A stretch of 64,000 bases of DNA from Calcarisporiella thermophila CBS 279.70 (taxonomy: Eukaryota; Fungi; Calcarisporiellomycota): positions 495,267 through 559,266 of the forward strand of contig NW_027192191.1 of the NCBI RefSeq assembly GCF_041956535.1, given 5' to 3'. Position numbers and translations under genes: made by a program. The notes under the pieces were generated by a model. The model saw only the letters and a program-made list of their open reading frames with translations. It ran no database searches and was not told the DNA's origin. Every line of letters starts with the position of its first letter. Position 1 is the stretch's first letter. Shown in pieces: positions 24,601 through 37,172 of the stretch.

Positions 24601-27600
24601 TCATTTCTTATTTTCAAGCGACAGTAAGGTTTCGCTAGTGCGGTTGCTAGCTGAGCGAAGAGCCAAACGCTGCCACCACCATTTGGAATTCACAACGGAG
24701 GAAAGTGCCTTTTTTGTTTGTACAGTGCCTGGATGCTCAGATCCTAACAGTTTCTCTCGGATCTTTAGTGCTCGCTCAAATAACGGTTTGGCTTTTTCGG
24801 GATTCTTCTGATCAGAATATAGCATCGCCAAGTTGTTTAGTGATGTTGCGGTATTTAGGTGCTCAGATCCTAGAGTTGCCTCACATATCGCTAACGCTCG
24901 CTCGTACAATGGCTCTGCTTCGGAATATTTCCCCTGTTTATAGTAGAGCACTGCTAAGTCATTTAGAGATGATACTGTGTCAGGGTGCTCAAGGCCTAGC
25001 ATTTTTTCCCTAATTGCTAACGACCTTTGGAAAAGTGGTTCAGCCTTGTAATAGTTGCCTCGTTCATAGTAGTATGCGGCGAGATCATTTAAAGTGATCG
25101 CTGTGTATGGATGCTCATGCCCCAGTATCTTTTCACGGATCACAAGACACCTCGTATGAAGATATTCTACTTCATCATACATATCTTGTTGAGAATAAAG
25201 TAGGGCAAGCTCGTTTAGAATCAATGCTGTAACTGGATGCTCATTTCCCATTACTTTCTCACGAATTGCAAGTGCTTGTAGATAAAGCGGTCGGGCTTCG
25301 TCATATTTTCCCTGTAGACGATAAAGGGTGGCTAAATTAGTTAAGGTTGAAGCGGTGGAAGGGTGATCGTAACCCAGAGATTTTCTTTGGATGTTTAATG
25401 CTTGTTTATAGTATTGCTTAGCTATTTCATAATTTCCTTTATAGCGATATAATAGTGCCAAATTGTTGAGTGAGGAGGCTGTAGCAGGATGAGTCATTCC
25501 CAACTGCTTTTACCGAATTTGTAGTGCTCTTTGGTGCAATGGCTCCACTTTATCATGGATGCCTTTGCTGTGATAGCACTTGGCAAGATCATTTAGAGAT
25601 ATCGCTGTAGCTGAATGGTCGCGTCCAAGAGTTTTTTCTCTAATTTCCAACACCTTTTGAAATCGGCCCTCTGCCTTAGAGTATATACCCTGATAATAAT
25701 TGAGCAGAGCCAAATCATTAAGCGATTTGGCAGTGGATGGATGGTCAATCCCAAATATACCCTCTCGAATCGAAAGAGCACGTTGAAATAGCATAAGAGC
25801 CGTATTAAACTGGCCGTGGAATCTATGGTAGGAAGCCAAGTTGTTCAGGCTAGCTGCTACGGCAGGGTGTCCCTGTCCCAGAGATTTCTCCCGAATTTGA
25901 AGCGCCTCTTGGTAAAAAAGTAACACGCCATCATAATTGCCACGGCTCACGTTAAACGTAGCCAACTTATCTAGTGACATAGCAAAGTCAGGGTGTTCTG
26001 AGCCAAGCAAATTCTTTCTGATTTCCAATGATTGTTGGAGTAGCGGCTCTGCTCTGTCAAAGATGGCGCGCTCAAAGTATACTACGGCAAGGCCACATAG
26101 TGTAAATGCTGTCTCAGGGTGCATATAACCAAATATTTTCTCTCGGATTTTTAGCGCCTTATGATACAGCAATTCGGAATTATCATATTTACTCAATTTA
26201 CAATAAAGTAAGGCAAGATTATCAAGTGATTTCGCAGTATATGGATGATCTGGCCCAAAAGATTTTTCTCGTATCGCTATAGCTTTTCTTAGCAATGATT
26301 CAGATTTGTTATACTTTCCCAAAATATAAAAGAGTATGCCCATATCATTCAGTGTTCTCGCCGTTGCTGGATGCTCATGTCCTAAATATTTTTTTCGAAT
26401 TGCCAACTCACGTTCATAGAATTGTTCAGCCTTTTGGTACTTGCCACGGATTTGGTAAAGCAGAGCTAGGTCATTAAGTGATCTTGCAACATCCGTGTGT
26501 TCAGATCCCATGACTTTCTCTTGAATTCTCAGGGCACGCAAATAGAGCGACTTCGCTTCATTAAACTTCCCAAGGGTACTATAGAGTGCGCCCAAATTAT
26601 TAATGGAAGTGGCGGTGTCCAAGTGATCTTCACCCAGCAATTTTTCGCGGATTGCTAATGCCCGTTGAAACAAGTTTAGTGCCTTATCGTACTGACCGCA
26701 GGACTTATAATGCATAGCCATATAATTTAAGGAAGCTGCGGTATCTGGGTATTCTGGGCCTTGTGTTTTCTTACAGATATCTAGTGCACGTTGATAAAGT
26801 AGTTCAACTTTTTCATATTTTGCACAGGTGTTGTAGAGTGCTGCTAAATTATTGAGAGATGTTGCAATATCCGGATGCTCAGGTTCCAGTGTTTTCTCTT
26901 GTATTTCGAGTGCTTATCGATAGAGTTGTTCTGCCATATCATATTTGCTCTGACAGTGATAGAGAACAGTCAAATAATTAAAGGATAATGCCGTTTACGG
27001 GTGTTGAATTCCAAACAAGTTCTTCCGAATAGTTAGCGCCTCTCTGTGCAGGATTTCCGCTTCAGAGTAATTGCATTGGTATTGATAGAGAAGTGCCAGG
27101 TCATTCAGCGATTTTGCTGTTGCTGAATGTTGTATTCCTAACTTCTCTCTACACATTGTTAAGGGCCGGTGAAAGTATCGTTCTGCTGCACTATAATTGT
27201 ATTGTTCAAAAAACACCCTGGCCAAACCGCTCAAATACTTGGCAGTATCTGGATGGTCAGGACCCTGAGCATTTTCACTTATTCCCAGTGCTCTTTGGTA
27301 CAACGGCTCTGCCGTAGCATACTTGCCTTGTGAGGAATAGAACCAGATTATTGATCGAGGTCGCAGTATCAGGGCTGTCTGAGCCATAAATTGCTTCCGA
27401 AATCTTTAAGGAATACTGTGCAAGAAGCTCCGTTCCTGGATATATTCGGTTGCGAATTATATAAGGAATTATTCTGGACAACATGGATTCCAGGTCCTCT
27501 GATTGCTTGTGAATCGCTAATGCTGAGACAAAATGACGAAAGTGTGGAAGGTAGGTTTTCATAATCTCTCTGGTGCGAACAGCATATTCATCGTCATATT

Positions 27601-29008
27601 CTGTTTCACGATTTAGTGCATCAGCAATTCTATCGGTCCAGCGGTACTTCTTCTCTTCACTCATTGCATTGTATACAACCTTATGAACAAGGCGTGGTAT
27701 TGAAACTACATTAGTTGGAAAGCTTTCCTCGTTATCTTCGTTTTCAGAATAAGTTAGTGTCACAAACAAATACGAATTCAATTTGGCAATAGCGGATTTG
27801 ACAGCTCTTAGGGGCCCTTCACTTATCAAATCATTTAGTGGGGAGGGGTGTAAAGTGAGATTTAATCCAAGCACAGAATATTGTTTTTCAAATAGGCACG
27901 TAGGAATAGAGTTAGCTTGCAGAAATACACATATTTCAAGGATTTGGACAGTTGCCGGATCTTGAACGCGGATGCGTTCAAAAGATATATTCCATACGGT
28001 AGCAAGAGTATGTTCATATACATCATCTGCATTGTAAAACGAAAACAAGATACCGCGATGTTTTTGCAATGCGGCAAGGTAATCCAGGAAAGAAAACCCG
28101 GAATTGCTTATAAATGCTCGTGCAAGCACGATTGCAAGTGGCATGTAATCGAGCTCATTGACAATTTTGCAGGCATTACGAAACCTTGTTTCGTTTCGAT
28201 TAATCGAATTTATAGGATCTGGGTGGAACAAGAGAGAAAGTGCCTCCTCTTCATTTAGTTTCTCTATCCGAATGATATTTGCTCTTATCAGAGGTATAGG
28301 TTCACGAGTGGTCAGTAGAATATCACCCCCATAACGTGGTAGACAATTAAAGATATTTTTTAGAGTAGTTTCGTCCACATTATCTAATAGGAGCAGCCAA
28401 TTCGATCTTGCTTCGAGTGAAGAGCGGACATAAAAGATTGCCTTTTCTTCCGCACCGTTTTCCTTCGCAACGGCCTCATCGTATCCAAGATTAATGGCCA
28501 GGTTCCGAAATTCATCAACTGTTGTGGCCCAGTTTTCTGCACTGAGCCAAAAAATGTAGCCATATTTTTGGCGATTAGCATAGCAATATCGTAACATTAT
28601 CTGAGTCTTCCCGATACCACCAAGTCCGAAGAGCGCCACAACTTTACATTCGCCAAAAGAGGTTTTTGTATTGAGAGCAATTGTTATTTGCCTAAATATG
28701 CTAGGACGGTCTATAAAGCTCTTGTTCTGAGAAGGAACTCCAAAGAAAGGATCATGAACTTTCAAATTGAGATCAGGAAGCGAAAAACCTTTGGGTGGAC
28801 TAGTAGGCGGACTAGTAGAAGGGCTGGAAATAGGACTAGTAGCTAATAGTATTAGAAACTAATTAAGTGTAATTGCCCGCAATCATTCAATTGTGCGAAA
28901 AACCATACCAATATAAATAGCAGAATCGTGTATATGGGTATTTCAAGGTATCACTATTCCACCTGTTTCAGCATGAACTCCATGGGTTGAGAATGATTGT
29001 GCACTCAT
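24601..29008 (-). pseudogene. NLR1: fungal NLR (short N-terminal motif + NB-ARC + about 21 TPRs), disrupted
   Basis: P-loop GLGGIGKT, Walker B LLLLDNVD, ILLTTR and YMPLAI, followed by 42-aa repeats (HPxTAxSLNNLAxLYxxQGKYxEAExLYxRALxIREKxLG). In-frame stops at 28943-28945, 26995-26997, 26914-26916 and 25510-25512, plus a frameshift near 27340. Intron at 28843-28908. Confidence 0.88.
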
Positions 29009-29553
29009 TGTGCCATGAATGTGGTAATCTTCAAATAAAAAAACAAACTTGTCAGCAGTAATTGAATTGGAGTGTGATTTATTCCTCCAAATTAGCTGCG
29101 GGGAAACCAAATTGCAGAAAATTCAGGCTATCAACACGTTACCGAAGTTTATACCAGCCTTTCAAGGCCAGTATATGGCTTTAAACAATTGATAAGCATA
29201 GGATACTGCAACACAAGTAAGTGCATCCTAGCAATAACGACAATTTCGCGTAGTGCTACTACATTAAAAAATTACTTATCTGTTCTCCTAATCTAAACTA
29301 AATGGTTTAGACACAGTATTAGGGCCGCTGGCAACCCCTATGTGCCAATAGGATTGGGTAAAGCATCGAGTGATTCAACTAAAGTTTATCTGGAAGTAAT
29401 TGTTAACCTTAATTAAGGTCTACATTGTTTTCGCCCCTATCATTTATATAAAATGTCTGATTCGTTCCGAGCAGCACAGCGTAATAAGACCACAAAGTTT
29501 TCTAGGATGGCGATTGATTTATTTAATATGGATGATAGACATCCCTTTTAGAG

Positions 29554-29588
29554 AATATATATACATATATATACATATATATATACAT
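29554..29588. repeat. AT/ATAC microsatellite
   Basis: atatatatacatatatatacatatatatatacat. Confidence 0.7.
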
Positions 29589-29931
29589 GCTCTTCATCTC
29601 TTTGGATTTCACGAATTTCTTTATACATCAGTTAATACATCTACAATTAATATATCCATTGACAACTTCAACATCACATTGAGGACTAAGCAAGCACGTA
29701 AGTTATAGTTGCTATTAACTAACAAGCTTATCCCAGTATGCAGTCCACATCGAACCAAAGAGAAGGGAATGACCTTCGTCCCTGCAGAAGAGGCAAAGTA
29801 CGAATAAATATATATTACAACAGAAGATTGAAAATGATGAGCCGCAATAAAAACCTATTAGAGACCTCAAGAATATCATAGCTTAAACATATTAATAAAA
29901 AGCAATTAACCCGTAAACTAACTGTTATTTC

Positions 29932-31916
29932 CTAGTCGCAACTTTTCACCAATTCCAAGATTGTAGTTTTTAGCCATTGCCGGAGACGTCTAGCATGCTT
30001 CCATTGACAAACTGGCTTGTTTTGCACAATCCGAGACGTAACTGCTAAATAGTGAATTGAACTTCGTCGCGTCAGCTGATCTGGGTGGTGCTTGGCGACA
30101 TATTTATGCATGCGACAGGATGCTTGCGTCGCACTTATCGGTAGAGTATGGCACCAGTCATGACGTCGGGCAGTTTCTTCAAGAAGGAGGGTGATCCAGG
30201 AGGCTGCTCTGGAACATTCATTTAATGCGAGAGAACGTAGTGCTTTCATTTTAGGAGTATCCATGCGATTAGGAGGAGGAGGCTTCATTAGAGATCTGTC
30301 AGGTTCAAGAAAACGATACCATATCTAGGAGCGGAGAGGATGATTGAAAGTGAATGCGATTCATCATATGAGGGAGGAAATGTCTCTTGGTAAATGTGAG
30401 GAATTAACTTACTTGGCCCCATGTACTCCAGAAATGCGGTGGATAAGCGAGATCCACCCATGTCATTTCAGCTAGCCGCGCCTTGAAAAATTTCGTATCT
30501 TCACCAAATACCGGCAACTCTATATCCAGCGAACGAATGTATGGACGCAGATCTTCAGAGATGCATAATAATGTCTGTAAAACTGCTTCATCCGATGTAT
30601 CCCAGTCTATTTCCGGTAATTTCTTGAGGCAAGTAAGCAATTCCGCTTCCTTGATTACATAGTCCTGGATGCATCACGTTCAATTTAAAATATAAATTTA
30701 AAGGGCGTGAATGTATTTGATACAAATTCAATGCTTACCAAGCAGTACCCTATAGCCTGACCTTCTCCTGGAAGACACTTAGGTCGTACTACTTTAGATG
30801 CCTGTGGAAAGAGCAACGTCTGCGTTTTCCTCGAATAAACAGCAAGCCCACTATCATGAGTATAAAGAGCCCACCTGAAATCGTGATTGTAAAGGATTAG
30901 ATTTATAGGATGTAATCCGACATGATCGTTTGATCTTACCAAATACGGCGTTTTGTCTCTGCTCTTATAGGATCGGGTTCGTTCAAATCTTCGATGTATA
31001 TCCCCAGTAGCCTTGCCATTGCAATTGCATGCCCTAACTGAACATAAAATTCGTCTGGCCGTGAATTTAATAGATGGTACATCCCAAGATTGAAGGATGC
31101 GACCACAAGTTGTTCAGAAGGCTCATCAAATACTTCCTGTAAATGTCGCTGAGCCTCTAAGTATGCAGAGTTAGCTAGTCCTGGTAGCAAGTCGGCATAG
31201 GGTGGATCCTTATGACACTGGTATATATGGAGGGCAGCCCATGCAACAGCCGAAAATAGGAACGCAGGCTCCAGTTCCTTAGCAAAGAAGAGTTCCATTA
31301 ACTCATCGCGATTAGCAGGCTGGAGGAAGAAGAAGCACGGCGAGAGATATGTGGTAAAGAGTTGGTGCAGCAAAGGGTGGTGTGCTACTGAGGCGTTGGT
31401 GGGCAGCTTGTCTTTGTCAAAGATAACTGCGTTATCCGTGGGCTCTTCAATAAGTAGCAGACGACGGCTCACTGGGCCTTTTATGGATATGTGAACACTT
31501 ATTTTTGGATGATCCTTTGGAGTGAATGAAGTAAGGGTAGCGTAGTCAGAGCCGAAGTTCTGGACCATTAGTAGGTGGAGGTCAGTGATGTTACGAAGGT
31601 AGACTCCATACCATAACCCATTCCCCACAACTGTTTCTCCATCCTCCGAGTCCGAGAGCGTGGATATTGAGGAGAAGGAGGACCTGGTGGATGATGAGCG
31701 AGATACCAGGGCAAGTTCTGTACTCACGTCATCTTCGCTGTCTTCGCCCTCTTCAGAATCGAGTGAAGGTGACGCTTTAGGTCGGTCGTTTCCTTGTTGT
31801 ATTTGACGTAAGTATTCGTCTACTTGTCCAGTAACTTTCTCTACCTCTGTTGTGAGTTCGTCAAAATTTTTGACCAGCGGGTTCAACGCTTCGTAACCCT
31901 CCTCTGAACTTTTCAT
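29932..31916 (-). CDS. Fungal-specific transcription factor middle-homology-domain protein with no visible Zn2Cys6 cluster; multi-exon
   Basis: HAIAMARLLGIY...EPDPIRAETKRRIW|WALYTHDSG is typical of the Fungal_trans/MHR domain. ORFs 30936-31916, 30685-30942, 30404-30640 and 29932-30288 are separated by GT-AG introns. Confidence 0.7.
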
Positions 31917-32899
31917 TTTCGTCGAGCTCTTTTTCAGACCAGTGGAAAGAGAAAAGGGTTATAGAGAGCGGAAAATAAATATCCCTTTCTCACCAAGGTA
32001 TTTAATTTGGCCGCTCCTACCCCTTAGCTAAACTGTGAAACTTGGTGGCTAGTACTGTGCCGGTATGGGGCAATAAAAAAAAGCTAGTCGCCAAAACGCA
32101 AACCTGTCAACGTATGAGGAGGGAGAGTTCGCTAAGAACACGGGGACTTTAAGGAAAAACTAGTGCCATATATATAAACTGAGTTTATGGCAACCGTAAA
32201 AATCTGATGCTAGTTAAATGAGATAAATACGCTTGAGTGAAGAAAGGAATGAAACCAAAGGTTTCGCACGTAATGAATGAAATTGGAGCAAGACACTTGG
32301 TCAGGTTCGAAGGAGTTTACAATGCAATAAGAAACAGACCGATTGTTCTCGTCCAAAACCCTTTCTTCCGTTTTTTCTGAGACGCATGAATAACACTTTC
32401 CTTGCATTGCATCTAGCTTCTGCAAAAACACCCCAGCGCTATACGGAGGAGTAACAAAATTAACAAATAACCTGAGTTGCATATATGCCCCTGAAAAATC
32501 ATCAGTCGATCCGGCTTTTGCCCTCTCTTATCTATAAAACGGTTGCTGCTGCTTCTTATCATGACATTTTGGTATATTCCAAATTCGCGTTTATACTGTT
32601 GAATCCAACAAGTTTTTCCCCAAAGTGTAAATTTTAAGTCGTTATGATTATCCCTAGAACTCGATTTTTCTGTTTCTCTATTCAAACTTTTATTTGAACT
32701 AAAATAGTGAGTAAAAACTGTGTTCCATAGCGTGTCAGAAGCTAACAAGAGATGTGACAGCTAAATAATATAAATGCCCGGGAATAGTTAGAGAATCCTC
32801 GCCTATATTAGCTAAAAAACTCTCCACTGCTGATGCACGGTTCATTCTATTTAGCTCGCTAATTGAGGAATAGAAATGACAAAACCACCAAGAGGGCCT

Positions 32900-34300
32900 T
32901 GCGCTGGAATCCTGAAATGGATTTTATCTATATCACTCGCCTGCATTGGAACAACGTTTGGCGCGTTTGAAAACTGACCAGCGCGCTCTAAGGAAATCTG
33001 AAACTCCGTTGACACGTTATCGTTTCGAAGCTGCTCGTCACCAGTTTAGGTCTGCCTGAATTTACCCAATAGTCTAGATCTATGCCTTGTACCCAGAAAA
33101 TAGATATCTCATCATCATTGTCCCTGATTTCGAGACGACAATGTGCGGTCCCATTGAGTGCGATCTGAAAGCCATATATTGTTGAATTCATCCTTTTATA
33201 GTTGGTCATTGGCGATATTACGACTGAAGGAGACGTTGTAGTACTTTTGTTCGAAAAGCCAAAAGGTGACACAGAGAATGAACAATTTTCAAATTGATCG
33301 CCAATACATTTCAAGGTCGAGATATCCCCATCAGTCCTAATTGCATTTTCAATGGTTTGTTTCAATGGTCCTTTGGATAGAGTGAATACTCCTGAGTCTC
33401 CAGAGAATGACTCATAGTTGTGCAAAAACAGTATTCGTTGTGGCGAATGTTTACTAAAAGGAGAGAGACGAATAAGCGGAATAAAGAAGATTATAGCGAC
33501 GACAAGGAAAAGAATTGAGGTAGCACTTTCGTAGTCGGCACGCGTGGTGTACGGCATGGTAAGACTGGTTCCGACTACAAACATCAATTTGATTGAAAAA
33601 TAACAAACAAAGGACTGGTGAGTAAACAGATCCTCAGTAAACTAGTTAATACTTTCATATCAAAAGGTTTGTGATTATTACTAATAGAAAGAATTAGAAA
33701 AACGTGAAAATTTAGATTCCTAGGTCGTCTAGCTTGATCGAAGAGAGATACTTACGATATGGAATAAATTCTGGTGATCCGTCGACGAGGTTGGGGCGGC
33801 AGCGCAAAAATACTGGCATAAATAATGCCCACTAGAATAATCAAAGGAAAAAAACATCCTACTAACAGCCCCACCGCCCATAACCAGGGCAATTGATCCT
33901 TTTTCTCGCACCCTCCAAGGATAAAACACACTAAAGTAGCACCCAAGGAACACATCAAGAAGAACACAGCAAGATATCCGCTCGCCATTGTATATCGAAT
34001 GCCTAATACTAAAGCTGCAACCACAAGCAACCACCATATCCATGTCATAGCGTAATGACATATGTAATCAAGCAATGACAAAAAGACTTGGTGAAAATAA
34101 GTGCAAAATAACGAAATGTGCGCGTTTCCGGTATATTATTTTCGATATGGACTGTAGATCCGCTTGTTTCCGGATATAGTGCGCGTATATTGGAGTTATT
34201 ATGAATCTCTTTTGATGCAAGCGCTTGCTGTCCTTGTAGGACTCTAGTTTTAGAGGAATTATTGGATGAATATGTGATTTCCTGTTGTACTTCATATTGA
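32900..34300 (-). pseudogene. Decayed C-terminal (TM + lumenal) remnant of an ERMP1/Pff1-like M28 membrane peptidase
   Basis: Several TM-like segments broken across frames, then SPFSKHSPQRILFLH, similar to the PF/Y...PKRxFxxH motif of this family. No catalytic M28 domain is visible. Confidence 0.4.
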
Positions 34301-35352
34301 ACATCGGGACACTTTTGTGAATCCATATTAACTTTGTTTACTCTGGGGTGATATCTTATCTGCTCAATTGAAGTTATCGTTTAATATAATGGATAGCTTA
34401 TAAATATCTTCCTTAATTTATACTAAGAAATGTTAAGAATTTTCCTGGAAATGCAGCAAAATTTACTCATTTCTAACGACGTACAGTCACTGAATTTATT
34501 ATTAGGAGTTCGACTGTATTTTAGTAGTTTGACTTGATTTTTTAACGACTGACTTACATTTTATTTCTCGAAGAGTATATCTCTTCCTTGAAATAGATAT
34601 ATTGCTTGGCCCTTCAACTTGAGATGCCATTATCCTTTTCATAATTTAATATGAATGACCAACGAATTAAAACTCAATTTTAAAACCCAAGTTTACTCTC
34701 CGTTATTGTCAGATTCATTTTATTTTCAAAGCTCTGTGTAGTATATGGTGTGGTGAATTATGACTAAACCTGATAGTGTCGTAGATAACTCTAGGAATAT
34801 AAACAGCATACCGAGGAAGACTATATTAATGTTATCTATTCTTCTGGATCAGTTTATATTTAAGGGCCTTGTTTCATCGACAGCATAAATTTCCTTAGAG
34901 TACCTCTAACGATTAAAATTTGCCTATTTTTAAATCATTTTCGTTGTCTACTGCTCCAGTCTAATTTCATGTCAAAAGAGTTCAGTTTTATCCTATTCAA
35001 TCGAGGTTAGCTATTAATTGAAATATAGCCTACTTAGAAGAAAAGTAGCAGCGTTTCAAGTTTTACAAACACAGAATCTAGGACTTTCTCATTATCTCAT
35101 GAGTTCACAGTATATAAATATTTCTTAGCTTTTGTCCATATTTTATGTCGTTTTGATTTCTAAGCTCGTATAATTTGGGAGTAAGAAATTTCAAGTGTTC
35201 CTTATTGCCTGAACCGACTGTCTGTTTCATTCATGCCGCTGTTAGTAATTGGCCATTTGGGGCTTAGTTTCGAAAATGAAAAGACTCCGACATGTGAATA
35301 AAGGTGCGCTTCTTTAGAAACGATATTACTTGCTGAATGCTCTTCTTAAGAC

Positions 35353-36777
35353 ATGGCTAATCAACCCCAACTGTTTACCATTACTACTCCACCTGGTGCA
35401 ATTGAGCGTCTTCGTGAACGCCTTGCTGACCCCATATTGCCTAATCAGCTTGAAGGGGTTACTTGGGAATATGGCACTGAATTAGCAACTCTAAAGGAAT
35501 ATATTTCTCGTTGGCGCGAATTCAATTGGGAAAAAGCGCTGGACAAAATTAACCAGTTTTCGCATTATAAACTTGAAGTTAATGATATTGATCTTCATTT
35601 CATTCATGAGCCACCTCGCAAACATCCTGAGCGTGCTATCCCTTTACTTTTAATTCACGGTTGGCCAGGAACATTTTGGGAATTTAACAAAGTCATCGAC
35701 CCTCTAGTCAACCCCGAGAGCGATGACTTGCCCGTATTCGATGTGATTGTCCCTTCCTTGCCTGGCTATGGCTACTCCTCTCCCCCCATGCGCCCAGGTT
35801 TTGGCATAGCGGCTATGGCAGAGACACTTCATACATTGATGCTCAAATTAGGCTATGAGAAGTACGCGGTACAGGGAGGTGACTGGGGCAGCATTATTTC
35901 CCGAGTAATTTCTCTGAAATACCCACAACACTGCAAAGCTATGCACCTTAATGGTGTCTATTGCTTTCCTCCAGTGGGATGGAATCTCTGGAAAACGATC
36001 AAGCCTGCTCTATGGTTCGCTGGCTTAACATCTATCTACGACAAGCAGAGCGAAAAATTCATCCGGGATACCTACGAGTTTATGAAAAAGGAGACAGCTT
36101 ATCAGCAGATTCAAGGTACAAAGCCCCAATCGCTTGCCTACGGATTGACAGACTCTCCAGTTGGCCTACTAGGTAAGTGTATTCATGCCAAGGAGCATTA
36201 ACACAGCTAACGCCAACACCTGGATAATATAGCATGGCTCCTGGAGAAGTACCATACATGGACTGATACTCGGGGTGACCCCTCCAAGGCCTTTAACGTC
36301 ACTGATGAGGATTTTCTGACCACTGTCACAATTTATTATCTCACTTGCACAATAGCCTCGAGTATGAGAATTTACTACGAGTTTATGCAGAAACCCGAGA
36401 CCGTTAAACTTCTTCGACAGTATGCCACGGTGCCCACTGGATGCGCTTTATTTGATGGTGATATTATTAAGGTATAGTACGTCTATCCGTCTATATCACA
36501 TCCAAGTAATATGCTACATTGAAAATTAATTCACGTATTTCATAGGCACCAAAAGAGTGGGCGGAACATTATCTGAATGTGCAAGATGGGGCGTTCAATA
36601 CATACAATAAGGTCAGTCCAATGTATGTTGTAGACTCCAATATAGTTTAAGTAACTCCATAACTTTCCATTACAGGGTGGACATTTCGCTGCTCTGGAAG
36701 AACCCCAGATTCTCATCAATGATATACGAAAGTTTTTCAAGAAGCTTAAGATTTTCGGACATGATGCTAGGATGTAA
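35353..36777 (+). CDS. Microsomal-type epoxide hydrolase (EHN + alpha/beta-hydrolase), 4 exons
   Basis: LLLIHGWPG, VPSLPGYG, nucleophile GGDWG, LTDSPVGLL and GGHFAALEEP. The C-terminus is ...GHDARM*. Confidence 0.93.
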
Positions 36778-37172
36778 TTTTGCTGTACAATAATAAAGTT
36801 AGTTTTTATCTTTTAGATCTACGTCTATTATTAAAATAGAAACTAGATATAAAGATCAAAGATGCTTATGCACAATTCTCTTTAAAAAATCTCAACAATT
36901 ATGTATTGCCAGTTATGTAAGATGCATGCGAATAGATCTCACACTAAACTATAAGCTATTTATGTTTTTACGTAATGGAACGTACTTATTCAACAAGATA
37001 CTATAAATACCAAAAATGCAGGAGTTTTCTAGGCGTCCTTAAAATTAATCATCATTCAAATCTCTTCTCTCATTTCCTTAGTTCAATTAAAGATATGTAT
37101 ATAGCCTTTAATGCCACTATTGACGAGGAGCATTAGATACTATATGGATATTAAGAACAATATTATAATATA

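Noticed and set aside
25510-27000. Stop-codon readthrough, recoding or RNA editing rescuing NLR1
   Set aside because: TAA is used as a normal stop in neighbouring genes, A-to-I editing would not restore Glu or Gly, and a frameshift is also present.
32210-32748. Possible F-box or kinase-like remnant (LASDTLW...)
   Set aside because: Too degenerate to assign.
34045-34326. ORF containing NNSNIRALYPETSGSTVHIENN as a possible amyloid-motif partner for the NLRs
   Set aside because: No G-N arc, no second repeat and no effector domain; it lies in a decayed region.
35353-36777. Epoxide hydrolase as a SesB-like alpha/beta-hydrolase effector of the NLRs
   Set aside because: It is a canonical EH with no terminal amyloid-like motif; proximity alone is not evidence.
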